Part shown: positions 50,130-62,943 of the stretch, piece by piece
Position numbering within the stretch: the stretch's first letter is position 1
Layout of the letters: every line of letters begins with the position of its first letter
Source of the DNA: Amphiscolops sp. MND2022
Taxonomy: Eukaryota
Direction of reading: 5' to 3'
Assembly: GCA_964187785.1 (NCBI GenBank)
Contig: OZ076410.1
Location: 19,530,001 to 19,594,000, forward strand
DNA: 64,000 nt
The notes under the pieces: generated by a model
What the model saw: only the letters and a program-made list of their open reading frames with translations
The model's database searches: none
Told to the model about the DNA's origin: nothing
Position numbers and translations under genes: made by a program

Positions 50130-53100
50130 ACCCAGTTAACAAGAAGCCTGTTTTCATGCATGAGAGGCTGACAAAGAGGGACAGGGACTTATCAGATTAT
50201 GCAGCTGGATTAGGTCTCAATTTCTCCTCAAAAAACAGTGCTCCACTGGTGCTTCTGAAAGACGAACAGCACAAAACATCTCATTTTATTGTTGATAAAA
50301 CAGATGCAGACAAAAATCTTGCAAGTGACAAGGCTATAGTGAGAGCAATTGCCCCTCCTGAAACTCCACGCTAACCAAGAGCTAAAAGACCGCTCCCTAT
50401 GGATTCACCAAATACACTCCTAAACGTGGATATTACTGATGAACTGAAAGAATACAAGCAAGCTTCTGATGCAGAAAATAGTAAAATACAGGGATTTACA
50501 TTTTTCTACAACAAAAAAAGATGGGTATCAACAAAACAAGGTAATTTAGAAATTTTAAGATCAGAAAGAAAGCCTTCAATTATTGCACTCACTGAAACAT
50601 GGTTCAAGAGCGGAAGCAACGCAGAATTATTTTGTCTTGAAGGATACCACAGAACTTTTGCCAGCACTAGAACTAAAAACGAGATGGCGCTGTAGCAATT
50701 TTTGTAACACTAGATTTGGAAGGATTTGGAAGCAGAACTCCTGCACACAGATGAAAATATTGAGTCAATTAGTAGAAATTAGTGACTTCAAAAGGACAAG
50801 GAAAGTCATAGTTTCTTGTTTTTATTGCGAACCTTCCAGAAAAAAGTAAGAATTTAGATCACGTCGAAGACGTTCTTGAAATCAATGGTGGAGGGTTACA
50901 AATAACCTGTGGAGATTTCAATATTGATATGCTCAACGAAAATCTAGCAACACGAGTATCATTAGACATTTAATCTTTTCACAAGGTCTTGACTTGGTGA
51001 GTTTGAGAGAACGTACACGAGAAACAGCTCCATCTGGTACATGTATTGACTCTCTATACAGTACATCACTGTTCAAAGATCCCAGACAGAAAAAAAATCA
51101 CTTTCTTTGATCACTATAGTCTTAAGGTAGATCTAAACATTTACCATGGGGTAGTAGAAGAGATTTTTGAAATTAAATCTTTAAAAAAACTCGACGATCC
51201 ACTTCATGATTTAAAAGATTTTGTTTTTTCTCAGTCACTCTCTGGGTAAAAGTCCCGAACCAGATGCAAAAGCAGAAACATATCTCGATAATATTGAAAA
51301 AACCCTGGAAGGCAACAGAGAAATTTAGAGATAAATTCTACCAATTATGGATCAAAACAAAATCACCGGAGGTTTTCGATAGATACAAAGTGAAACGGAA
51401 TGAAGTTAACAAGGAAATAAATGCTGCTAAACGGAATGACGTTCAAAACAAAGTTGATCGGGATATTCAAAAAGAACTTTTCAAATCTAAAAAAAAAGAT
51501 CGAGGGGAGTAGAAACTCAGGTGAGAAAATCCATTGAATCGACTGTTGATCATCTCAATGATTATTTCATAATTGCTTGTGATCCAGAAAATGTTGCACC
51601 AGTGTCCAGCAAATGGACACGTCAACAAGGATATCAATCGCAATCTGTGTACTTCTTCCCAGTTACTAACGATGAAATTTATAACTCAAAAACATAATTT
51701 CGGTTGGATTAGATGGCGTGAACGTGAGCCTATTAAAAGCAGCGGCTCAAACTATCACTCCCCCTTTAAAAACAGCCTTTAAAAAATGTATATCCGAAGA
51801 CGTTTTCGTTAAAAGTATAAAAACTGCTAAAGTTGTTCCAATTTTTAAAGACGGAGAATAATATAACATCCAACTATAGACCGATTTCGATCTTGGGAAA
51901 ATCTATCAAAGATATTTGAGAAAATAATTCATAAAAGACTCATGGATCAATACAAGTATAGAAAAAAGAAAGATTGCTTACAAGCAGCTACGCTGTTATG
52001 GAAAAAATTCAAAGTAATTGGAAATCCAAAGTGAAAACAAACTATATTTTTGTTGATTTTAAAAAAGCGTATGACTCAGTTGACCACAAAATTTTAATAC
52101 AAAAGTTATACCATATCGGTAACAGAAGCATATCCTAAAACCTCTTGGAACATTTTTTGACAGATAAGAATCAGTTTGTCAAAATTGAAGATTAATGATC
52201 AACGATTAAATCTATAAAACTTGGAGTACCTCATGGATCAATATTCGGGCCTCTGTTATTTCTTGTTGATATAGAGGATCTTGGTACCGACCCAAATTGG
52301 CAGGGCGACTTTATACTCTATGCTGATGATACAGCTATGATTGATGAAATTAACTCTAAATCTGATGATACAAATCTATTGCAAAATTGGATGTCGATGA
52401 ACTGAGTTGCCTGTAATTCCAAAAAAACTTGTTGTTTTTGAGAAGAGATCTGTAAAGTATTCGAACATAAAAATTGGGGACAATATAATATCCTCTAGTG
52501 AGTGTTATAAATAATTGGGATTGTTTTTTGGTAAAAAAAGCTAAATTTTTGGGTACACTTCAGCAATGTCATTCAAAAACTTGCGCGACATAGTGGCATA
52601 CTTTATAAATTGAAGGAAACTTTAAATAAAAGATAATCAATACAGTACATTAGATCATATGTATCACAGCTTGTTCAACATGGTGTACTTCTCTACGGGT
52701 TAGGCCCTAAATATAGGCTGCAAAAAAATTTTTTGTTCCAGAAAAAATTAATCCGGGTAGTTCTGCGACTTCCTGCCTGGGCCAGTGTCTTCTCGGTTGT
52801 CGTGCAATGAAATAAACGAATGCGCTACGCAAATGGGGAGTATTGCCTCCTGATAAAAACATATGCGAAATGGATGGAAAGCAATATAAAAAGTTCTACC
52901 ACCAAATTGCAGATCTTTACATTTTTGCAAATGAAGAACTTATAAATATCATCTATAGTAAATATTGAAGAGTCTCTCACACTGCATGGTCCTCCACATA
53001 AGGACTTGCGAGGATGATTCTGCTGATACGATATTCGATCAGAAATAAGAATAAAACTTTAAAAAATATTTAAAAAAAACAGTCCTGTCCAGTTTCTTTG

Positions 53101-53310
53101 GAAATGCCTCTAACTTTTCACTACTTTATTTTCTTTTGGACATCATTACAAAAAGCTTTCTAATAGCTTACTTAATGCCCCTTCCTTGGCAATTTTGTAC
53201 AAATATTTTAATTTTTTACCAGTGCGTAGAAAAAGTATTTTGTGTTCAAATATGCCAGGATAAATTCATTATTCATTATTATTATTATTGTTATTATTAT
53301 TATTATCATT
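50130..53310 (+). mobile_element. Degenerate near full-length LINE, CR1/L2-type
   Basis: ORF1 end (VFMHERLT); APE motifs IIALTETW (50582-50602), GDFNID (50911), CID, FDH; RT motifs GLDG, AKVVPIFK, NYRPISIL, FVDFKKAYDSVDH, GVPHGSIFGPLLFL, YADD (52319-52330); (ATT)n tail at 53265-53310. Many frameshifts. Confidence 0.9.
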
Positions 53311-53549
53311 ATGATAGTCAAACCTCAGACTCAAAACGTAAAGTCGCAAAAACATGACGTCAAACGTTTGAAATCAGCGCGTTTTTAATCCTTAATACGT
53401 TGGTAGTTAAATGTAAATTTCATCGTTGTAATTGATAGAATGAAGAACTTCAAAATGGTCAGAGTCAAACATAACATTTTTCTGGCCATTTTTTAGTCAA
53501 ATTCGGTTCAAATTCAGGAATAGTTTGGATATAACGTCTTCAACTATGT

Positions 53550-54500
53550 CATAGCAGATTTCTCATTGAAAGAGGCCTTACATCAGAAAGTGGATCAAAT
53601 ACAATTGAATTCGAATAAAATTCCGTAGTTTGGCTGTGAATAATTAAAAATCCTGCCAATGTTAGGCACAACTTTTCACTTCTAGTCATAGATGGAGATC
53701 TTTCATTCCCCACAGTATCCCTGCCAACGTTGACTGCATTTCTCACTTTTCCGAAATCCTGGTTCTGATAAGGTTCGTTAGGACAGTGCTGATGACATAT
53801 TCTTTCAAAAACGACCTTCGAACTTCTAATAATGCCTTTAACTGGCTCTTAATAGGTCCGTTCAAGTCGCAAGCAATTTCTGGGCTAAATTCTTTTTCAT
53901 TACTTTGTCGGATAGTCTCAGGATTCTGTGGGGTTGCTGTACGGTCTTCCAGGATCAATTTTAAATGAAAATGAAAGCAGTCTTACAGAGCCCATGAAAC
54001 AAAAACAAAGCATTTGCTGTTGTGATTCATTATGCTTGCACGTATTGTTTTCAAAAAAGAAAAACAATTTGGCCTAAGTCAAGGTTTGAACGCCTTTCAA
54101 CAGCCTCTCAGCGGGTTTATCTTAGAGCCATTGAGTTTGAAATTGAGTAAATTTGTAATTGGCAATAGATCAAAAGTTTGTGCCATGTGCATTGTTGTCG
54201 TTCCATTTATCAAATATGGCCCTGAAAACTACTCGGATGAAAAACCATTATGTTCCGTATGTTCCCTGAATAGCCGCTACGAATTTGTTTTTCAACTGAA
54301 AAATCAACCCGAAACGCTTCAACCTCTTGTTTTAGCCGACAGAAAACGGCGGCGAAATCTTCAATTTCTCCAAATTATACTGTTTGGTCTGCTAGAATGT
54401 AATTGTACTCAATTTCTAAAAGAAGTCTATTTCGAAGAACGGATAGTGAAGCCATTTTGTTTGCTGTTATCTTCAGACGTACTTGAATTTGGCCAATCCG
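53550..54500 (-). pseudogene. Possible LTR-retrotransposon gag/protease relic
   Basis: EIEDFAAVFCRLKQEV (gag-like) followed by LNG..KALL..RSFL and VGRD (retropepsin-like); no intact DTG/DSG motif. Confidence 0.3.
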
Positions 54501-54952
54501 TAGACAAACAGCGCTTTTGCGCTGTCTGCAAAATGCCGATGACCTTACTTTAGTGTCCTTTTGTCGTATATAACTGATAACTACTAATATTTTTTTCATT
54601 TCCATGTGATCTGCTTTCTTTTTCATCAGAACAAGAAATCAAAATAAACAAGTTTACAAAAAACAGAGCAACTATTTGAATGAACATTCGAGATTCAAGA
54701 TAATCAAAGTATGCATAGAAGTAATCAAAAACAGGTAATTTTATGGGGCTCCTTTGCCTCTGATAAACAGATATCCAATTTGCAATAATCTCCAAGCTTG
54801 CAGGCAAAAACATATATTAGCGCGATGAAATATGGGCAAGCCAATGATGTTTTGCCCACGGTGATGGTACAACAGACAATACAAGATTGCTAGGATTTCT
54901 TGGAGCCAAATTGTATGGGAGTTATGATAAAGGAATTATTTCTTGCGTCATC

Positions 54953-55135
54953 AAAACTCCCATGCCGTTTTAGTCAGCACAATTGGCTGTCAATAGGATG
55001 AAAAAAGCTTTGCCGAAAATGGCACATGATTTCGATTGTAAAAGTTGATGGCAATTTGGCCCCTCCATAAAGTCTGGTTTGAGATAACATCGAAACTATA
55101 GTTTTTCGAACTATAGACACTCTCGTTTTGATAGC
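54953..55135 (+). repeat. Roughly 185-bp dispersed repeat, second copy at about 56378-56555
   Basis: AAAACTCCCAT(G/A)CCGTTTTAGTCA..GCTTTGCCGAA..AAAAGTTGATGGC..TTCCATAAAG is shared by both. Confidence 0.85.
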
Positions 55136-55285
55136 GAAATAACCAGGAAAACAACCTTATATAAACCTATACAATTTTTCTTCCGCTTGTTTCTAATTTT
55201 TAAAAGCATTGTCATCTGAAAAGGACATTTCCCAGAAAAAAAAACGAAATAAAACTAGAAAATAATCAGGTTCAAAAATAATAAA

Positions 55286-55941
55286 AAAGACGGGAACGTC
55301 TAAAGTCGGCGCTATATCTAAAGCTCAAAAAGCGCAGTTTTTAAAACATGCCTAGGACGTTGTCATGAAAAACTACTGTCTCAAAATCTCCGCCTCCTTA
55401 TTAGAACGCAATATTGTTTGGATATAACGTCAAAAATTCGGATATAGCGCTTCACTCTGGATATTACGTCAAAGTTTCGGATAGTATTGAAAAAAAATAT
55501 TTGCTGGTATATATTGAGAAAATCCAATTTCAGACTACGAAAGAGAATTTTGAATCAGACTCATAGAGCCGAAAAATGTAAAAGCGGAGACCATTTCGGC
55601 TTTTTGAAACTCCAGTTTGTTGCAAAATATCCAAAAAATTGAAGGGGACCATCTGGAGACAAGAAGAAAGTCTCATAGTGACGCAAAAAATTGAAACAGG
55701 GCACATTTCAGGCTCGCCTGGTTTTTCAAATGTACGAAAAAGGTTTTGGCTGAAGCATGGACTCGAACCTGCGACCGCTGGGTCCCCCTAAACCGAATAA
55801 AGTCTGTACTAAAAAGTCTGTACTAAAAAGTCTGTACTAAAAAGTGGTACATTCAGGGTGAGATCTGTGGTCTGACGAAAAAATATCTAGACACTAAATA
55901 GTCGGGCAGGCACTTTTCTTAAGAAAAGCGCCGACTAAAAA
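55286..55941 (-). mobile_element. HINE (H4)
   Basis: Both termini present. Contains (AAAAGTCTGTACTA)x3 at about 55799-55841 and a T-arm/B-box (rc GCAGG-TTCGAGT-CCATGC) at 55756-55773. Confidence 0.8.
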
Positions 55942-55976
55942 ACCCGGTTTTCTATGATAGTCAACGATGTCGATAC

Positions 55977-56345
55977 AAAGACGAAAACGTCTAAAGTCGG
56001 CGCAATATCTAAGGCTCAAAAAGCGCAAAACAATTTTTTCGAAAAAAATTGAAATTTTTGAAAATTTTTTCTTTCGGAAAATGTAGCATAGTGCCGAAAA
56101 ATGTAAAAGGGGGACATGAATTTATTAACATACACTCAGTTGCAAAATATCAAAAAACTCGAAGGGGGGACCGTTTTGAGACCTTAAAAATTTTCGGAAA
56201 AAAAGTCGCACAGCGACGAAAAAAATCGAAATGGGGGGACCCTTCAGGCTCGTCCGGTTTTGTAGGTTACGTTAAAAAAGTAAAAAATTAAAGGGGGGCC
56301 TTTGCACTAAGTTTGCCTTGGCCGGACTTGGCCTTAGTGGTTCCA
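55977..56345 (-). mobile_element. HINE (H5), 5' end missing
   Basis: 3' terminus (rc GCGCCGACTTTAGACGTTTTCGTCT); body colinear with 32821-33000 and 33340-33480. Confidence 0.75.
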
Positions 56346-57677
56346 GGAGTTTCTCTAAAAAGTGGCATTCCATATATAAAAACTCCCATACCGTTTTAGT
56401 CAAGCACTATTGGCTATCTATAGGATGAACAAGGCTTTGCCGAAGAATGGAAAACAATTTTGATGGTAAAAGTTGATGGCTATTTGGCACTTCCATAAAG
56501 CCTGGTTTTGGGACAACATCATTTTTCGAACAATAGATAATCTCGTTTTAATAGATATTTAATGAATCCATATAGAGGATTTTTCACAGGGTATTTTTTT
56601 CAAGCAAATCTTGATGACGAATAAAAGACAAATAAAACATAACGTTCGAAGATGATGATTTTTCATGGACCATTCAAAATTTTCCAACTTTCCTGCGACG
56701 ATATGCAATAAAGGATTTTTCTTACCTAAGCAAGCATTAGTGGAAGATTCAGGTTGACGCGCTTTGTTATATCATGTTACTTGCAACAAATGATATGAAA
56801 ACATGTTGATTGTATTCAATACAGTAATACAGTAAAGAGAAGGAAAATTCAATAAAAAGAGTTCAAATGAAATTGCTACGAATCTGAGATCATTGCATCA
56901 TAGCCAGATCCTTCCAGAAAGATTTTCGTTTCACGGGAGACTTCATACCAACGTAATTGTGTTAATTCCTACCCGCATATTCTCTGTAAATTACATAAAT
57001 CATTTTTAAATGAAAAAGTATATCATCGAGAAACTCATTGTTCTAATTGTAGATTCAATTGAAATAAAGAAACTGATTGTCAGTGAACACTCTATTCTCG
57101 TCTGCAGAAAGGTTTAAAGGTAACTGAATAGATCAACGTTTACAATGTTACTATATTTTCATAGACAGGTACTACGCTGCCAAAAGATCAAATGAATGTA
57201 TTGCGGTGGGATTGATTGACACATAGACATTTGCATGTCACATTTCCCCCGCAATCTGAACAGAAATTTATATAGTAACCAAACAAAACATTAATTTTTA
57301 TGAACTGTTTTAACAGTTTCACCGAATAAGCGAAGATGCCTAAAAACGGTTGTTGTGGAACACCGAATGAGCCAATTGTTTTTCTCGGGTTTTCTCCTAT
57401 GTTTTCCGTTCTTTTTCGTCTGAGGATTGTGACAGTTTCGCCCTGTCAAAAAACAAAAAAAAATGAATCTGAATTAGGATGATGATAAGCTAATAGTGCT
57501 TGGTAGCCTATAAAATCATGTAAAAGTTTCAAGCAGTTTCAACTAGGGTAGCTTACCGGTTAGCGGAAATCTTAACTGGTCCAGGCGCTAGTTCTAGAGC
57601 ATATCAACATATTGAATGTATTTTTAAACACAAAAGTTTAACATCCATGCATCTTTCATGTACATACATTCACATAC

Positions 57678-58111
57678 CTGTTGATTGCGATTGCAAGCAT
57701 GGATGTTGTTGATGCAACTTCCAAGAAAAACGTGAGAGCGAAAATGAAGTCGCTGTTGTTCTGATTGCATTTGATAGCCTCCGAAGGGAAAAGAAACGAA
57801 CAAGCTATGAGACAAATAAAGGTCAGATTCAGCATCAAAAGGTCAGTGGGCACTCGGATGACAGTTTCTCTCAACTTATTACATAACACCATGACCACCA
57901 TAAGGTTGGTGGCTGTGCCAATCAGAGAAGAGGTTGCGTAACAAAATGACATAACGGAGCACTCGCTTTCGTTGAAATCCAGAAAAGTTTCGAATGCACG
58001 AGGCACAGATGTTTTCGCACCTCTTGTCGATGGTGTGAAATTGAAGGAGGAGTTAACAAGGGTTGAATTTTGGTGGGAATCATTCATATTGAAGAAAAAA
58101 TCAGAATTCAT
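57678..58111 (-). CDS. First coding exon of a class A (rhodopsin-like) GPCR, TM1-TM3
   Basis: N-terminus with several N-X-S/T sites; TM1 LIGTATNLMVVMVL; TM2 LLMLNLTFICLIAC..FP; extracellular Cys; TM3 ASTTSMLAIAINR. A consensus donor AG|GTATGT splits the Arg codon of NRY. The exon end is inferred and downstream exons were not found. Confidence 0.85.
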
Positions 58112-58168
58112 TTAATTTGCAATTCAAAACAGAAAGTACAGTGAATAAAAATGAACGTTAAAAAGTTG

Positions 58169-58651
58169 GGACCATGTGATCTATTCCCCCCCCCAAAAAA
58201 AAAAAAAACTGCGGCGGGGGGGAAATAATACAGTAGGTTCAAATACTAGTTTTAAACGAATTAATTATGTCGACATAACATTTTAAATAGTCAAATACCA
58301 TTATGTCGACATCGTTGCGTTGAAATTTTAGTCCAATAAAATAATTGATGTCGACATAATCATATCTTTTACATTGATTGACAGTTAAAATCAATCATTA
58401 TTCTTTGAAATGTGCTTCCAAACGGACATACTTCCATATTTACAAAACTACGAACTTTGCATTCAGCATTTAAAAAACTTGGGTCTTTTGCCACGAAGTT
58501 TAAATTCACGCGTTTGTTAATATTTGTAAGCATATCAACTTGTTTTATTCATTCAATAATTAATATACTTGTGAAAAAGTGGTTTTCGTTTTGGGGGGAA
58601 ATTTCTAACAAGGTGTACCTGGGGGGGGGGGGGAAATAGATCACATGGTCC
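58169..58651. mobile_element. GG...CC MITE with 8-bp TSD (Merlin- or MULE-like by inference)
   Basis: TIR GGACCATGTGATCTATT(T)CCCCCC; perfect TSD AAAAGTTG; three internal ATGTCGACAT palindromes. Confidence 0.9.
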
Positions 58652-60089
58652 AAAAGTTGAATTATTCCATAATTGGAAATTTATAAAATTTTAGATGGCA
58701 ATTATGAGAATACGAATTGTTGTTAAAAGTTCTCAAAATAATCTTTTTTGCGAGCAAGACGTTTCCCAGTGGAATAGTTCTTCTTCCGTTAACAACAAAA
58801 GTATGTTCACACTGAGTAGCTTGATTTGAAAAATCTTTGACCATCAACCAATAGCAACGTAGCATTTTCCAGCTTAATTGCCCTTTGCAGTCACTAGATG
58901 GCGTACCTTTTTCGAATACCTCAGAAAGAAAGACGAATAGCATTGAGTATAATTTTCAGGGAAAATTTTAATGGAAAGGGATAAAAATATATACGCGTGG
59001 AATTTCAGGCGAAACAAAACTAATAGGAAAAAACCGAGAAAGCTTATGAAAAAACAAAGATAAAATTGACAAAAGTGTACTACTCAATCCTCGCTAACAA
59101 ACGAAATTCTAGTACCACCTTTTATGCACAGTCTAGTAAACTGTAAAATATTTCTAAATTACACGATGAAAATGCCATTAAGAAACCGAACATATGTATT
59201 GACAGGAAACCAAAAAAATGTAGTTTTTGAAAAATGATATATTGTTGTTTCTGAATAATAAAAAGATCCGGTTGCATCTTATTTCACTAGCCATAATGTA
59301 CTTGTCTAGGTCAAACCAAACAAAAAACATTATCCTTCAGGAACATTTGACCAGAGGTGGTTTTGAATGGATAAACAAGTCTTCCATTAAGCAACGGGGA
59401 TACTTCTGCTCTAATACGCTTTAGCCGTATTCATTCAAAAAAGAAGACACTGTTAACTAGGGAAATATGAAATTTCAACTACACAGAATTTTTGTATGGA
59501 AACATGCATGGAAACTTATGCAAAGCAGTGATGACATGGTTCTATGCATGGCATCGCCTGAAAGCCTTATGGATTACCATCAGGAGTTACACTCGACCCG
59601 AAAAAATTGATGGGACCCACGACACGAACGTGTCTTCGTTCGGGTCTGAAAAATACCAGGAAAAATGACCATTCCTCTGTAAAAATTATTTTGCCAATAC
59701 GTTCAAAGTGACTATACTTTAACTAGACGCTTTCAGTTTCGAATAAATTCACGGTAAATTCAACTTAGAGTTGAATAGGATATCAATTACAATCCCTTGT
59801 TGAATCTGCTGGGAAGTTTTCTATGGTGTTTCCATGCATGCAAAATTGTTTTTCAAACAGATGTAGAAATTTCTGGAGCCTGCTCAGAAAAAATTTGTCG
59901 GATGACAACAGCTTCAACTACTTTGATTGAACCGAAGAAAAATTCCATATTGGCACAGGCTTGATGGATTTGTTTCAACACTTTCCTGATCAGCCAATCA
60001 AAATAGTAAAAGTTATCCAAACTGTTAGTTGAATATGACGGTACTCTGAAAACTATGAAGAGACGGAAGTCGATTTGCATTAAGATAGC

Positions 60090-61814
60090 TGTCGCAGGTT
60101 GCCGCCTGTGACAAAACAAGGCTTACGACTACAGTGAGCAGACAGGATTTTGCCCCAGGCACATTACCGATCTACTAATACTGGGAACTGATGAACATTT
60201 AGTTACACAAATTTTCAAGTTATTTTAATATTTTGACACACTCATTTCCCATTTTATTAGTCTGTTAACTTTTGCTGGGTGATCAATTTTACTGTAAATG
60301 CAACGCAAAGATTGATGATTGTAAATTGAAAGTAGAATACTATGCAGTATAAAGGAAACGTGTTCAAAAACGCAAATGTCCTTTCACTGCCTCATATCTT
60401 ACTATGCAATGATCAACCAATCACAGCGCAGTATTTGTGGTATCATTTTAAAGTATCACTCCAAGATGCAGGTAACGGCAAATTGAGTCAATAAAGCTAC
60501 TATTTAGATGAAGCTAGTCAAACGGCCGGTTTCGGCCAATTCATCCTTTCATTAGATACGATGTGCTGTTTAGCTAATCATAGTACGCCTTTGACCACAG
60601 AGTATCTAAATTGACTCCTTTCATGCACTATTACGATTAAAAGACGTAGAATAATAGTTTGTTGTTTGTTGATGCTATTTGTAATAAACCAGTATTTGAA
60701 CAGATTCTAGCAAAGCCTTTATGGCCAACCTTGCGTATAGTGGCCAATTCAGGCCGTTTTAGTGCGAAGCCCAAAATATGTAAAATCCCAAACTAATGTT
60801 AATCAGATGTTCACCTGGTTACTTAAATTGGCACGTGCTTAGGAATAATGTCGCATACTTTAATTACCTTAGTTACAGTTGTTGCTTGGATCATTGTAAT
60901 TGTTTACCGTCGAGGAGCTTATTTTCTTCGAATAAGTTTGTAGAGCTTTGAGTTAAATTCCCTGAATGCTTTGATGTAGCTAATCAAGTGCAAAACCAAT
61001 GATGATATCTATTGTGTGCTATTGATGATACTCACAGGTAATCTTGGGATGTTAATATTTAGTGAAACTCTAAAAAGTGGATGTCTTTCTCAGCAATATA
61101 TATATATATCTGTACCTTTCCCGAAAGATACACAATTTGATATACCTTACTGACGTTCACAAACTTGGAAAATACTACTTTTCCGATATAATTCAAATAT
61201 TAATATTGGAGCTTCTTTATGCCTACTACAAGAAAGCAGAAAGCGCAAAGCTAGAATAGCAAGAGAGGTTGACATGTTATCGGACATTGAAAACCCAGAC
61301 ATAATGCTAGGCGGTAAAAATCTACAGAGAAAAGAAAGTGAAAACAGCAACTCTGTTCTTGGGCCTGAAAGTCCTAGTTATAATGCATTGGTAAACAACG
61401 ACGTGAAAACTCACTCTAACTCTAGAAAAGAAGAGATTAGGGGATATGCCGGAAACGATCAATACTCGAGAGACTCGAGTGACGTTGACTCTGGTAGTGA
61501 AATATAGATAAGTCAGGCTATTTTCAGAGGATTTGAACAAGAGGATCACTCAAGAATTGAATGATATAATGAGTAGCGTGAGCTCAAAATTTCAGAGAGC
61601 TAAAAGTGAGGCCAGAAACGAACAAGTCTTGCCGCAGATTCAAGCTACCCTAAGGTCCTGACAAGGACAAGCGCCTGATAGAGGATGAGAGGTCCCGGGC
61701 AGATCAACGGAAGGTAGATCTGAAGAAGCTCTAAACCAAAAAACAAGAAGTAATTCGAGAGATGAGCTTTCTAGAGACTTCAATAGAAACGAAGACTTAG
61801 AGAAACTCATTACA
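60090..61814 (+). mobile_element. 5' LTR (copy 2), 1725 bp
   Basis: TGTCGCAGG-TTGCCG-CCTGTGACA start; AGGAAACGTGTTCAA (60353-60367); CCAATC; decayed ORF from ATG 61219 (MPTTRKQKA..MLSDIENPDIMLG..VLPQIQATL); ends CATTACA before TGG. Confidence 0.8.
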
Positions 61815-62943
61815 TGGTAACAAGAGACAACGAATTTTCAAATCCTGTTCCCGAGTTTCTCACGGAACACATCCCACCTCGAACGGTACTTAATCAGTCC
61901 AACTGTGATCATAATGATGCCCTTGATACGACACTACCGGCTCCAGAACAAGACCCTCCATTGGCCGCACAAGACCCAATTCATAGACTAGCCGATGTAC
62001 TGCCTAGCCTGCAGAACGGACCTTCAGCCCAACAACAACTCAACATCCGCCCAGTCGATTCAAATGCAGAAACTCGCGCTAATCGAGAATTTTTTCCACA
62101 CGATGATCAAGATCCAACCAGAGATGGCGGAACAGATGAAGATCAACCATGTAAATTCTCTCCTCCGCAAGGCTGCGCTACAAACGTTCCGAAACATCAA
62201 TACAAGCAATAGACAAACTCTTGAGGACGTATTGGTAATCTTCCGACGAAAGTATGTCAAACCCGAATCCCAAGCGACTGCCAAACACAAATGGCACCCC
62301 CTGGTCTTTCACCACAATACGATGAAGATAGTGGATTTTCTCGAGGAGTTGAACCAAGGAGCAGAAAAAACATTCAGCGAGAATGCCCAAAGCATGATAG
62401 ACAGTCTCCTCTACGCGAAGTTATCCCCAAAACTCAAAAGAACAGTCAACATGGCCCGACTTGAGAGTGATTCCTATAAGGAAATTGTCGCCCATCTTGA
62501 GAGGAAATTGGAGCTTAACGCTCGCGAGGGATTGGACGACTTGCCAATGGCAACCTGGACTTCTTCAACATCTAAGCCCAAAAACCTTCTCTTCAATCGA
62601 CTACTCAATGATACCGTCTGCAAAGATTGCAGGTAAAAATGTCATTTGGTCAAAGACTGCGAGAAATTCAGAATGAAAAAGGAAAAGGATGCACAGAAGG
62701 GCAAACGAAATCAGCAGAAAATCTAACATGAGTGTGGAACTTGTGGCAAGAAAAATCACCCAGAAGAACGATGTTGGCAAGGAGCAGGTGCACATCTCAA
62801 GCCTTAACGTACCAGGCCTGAAGACACATCGAACAGCAATCCGGAATCCAAAGCACCGGAAGCTCACCATAACGCCACGTCGTCCAACGCCCAGTCCACA
62901 TCAAAAAGGACGATTAAACAAACTAATTTCGCCACGACTCTAA
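61814..62943 (+). pseudogene. gag: Frameshifted gag (capsid-like domain plus two CCHC knuckles)
   Basis: MVTRD..; FRRKYVKPESQATAKHKW...DFLEEL...LYAKL; CKDCR*KCHLVKDC (about 62618) and CGTCGKKNHPEERC (about 62732). Confidence 0.85.
61815..61826 (+). promoter_or_regulatory. Primer-binding-site-like sequence
   Basis: TGGTAACAAGAG immediately after the inferred LTR end; primer tRNA not assignable by eye. Confidence 0.6.

Noticed and set aside
54032-54553. 173-aa plus-strand ORF
   Set aside because: No motifs; likely the antisense shadow of a decayed minus-strand TE frame.
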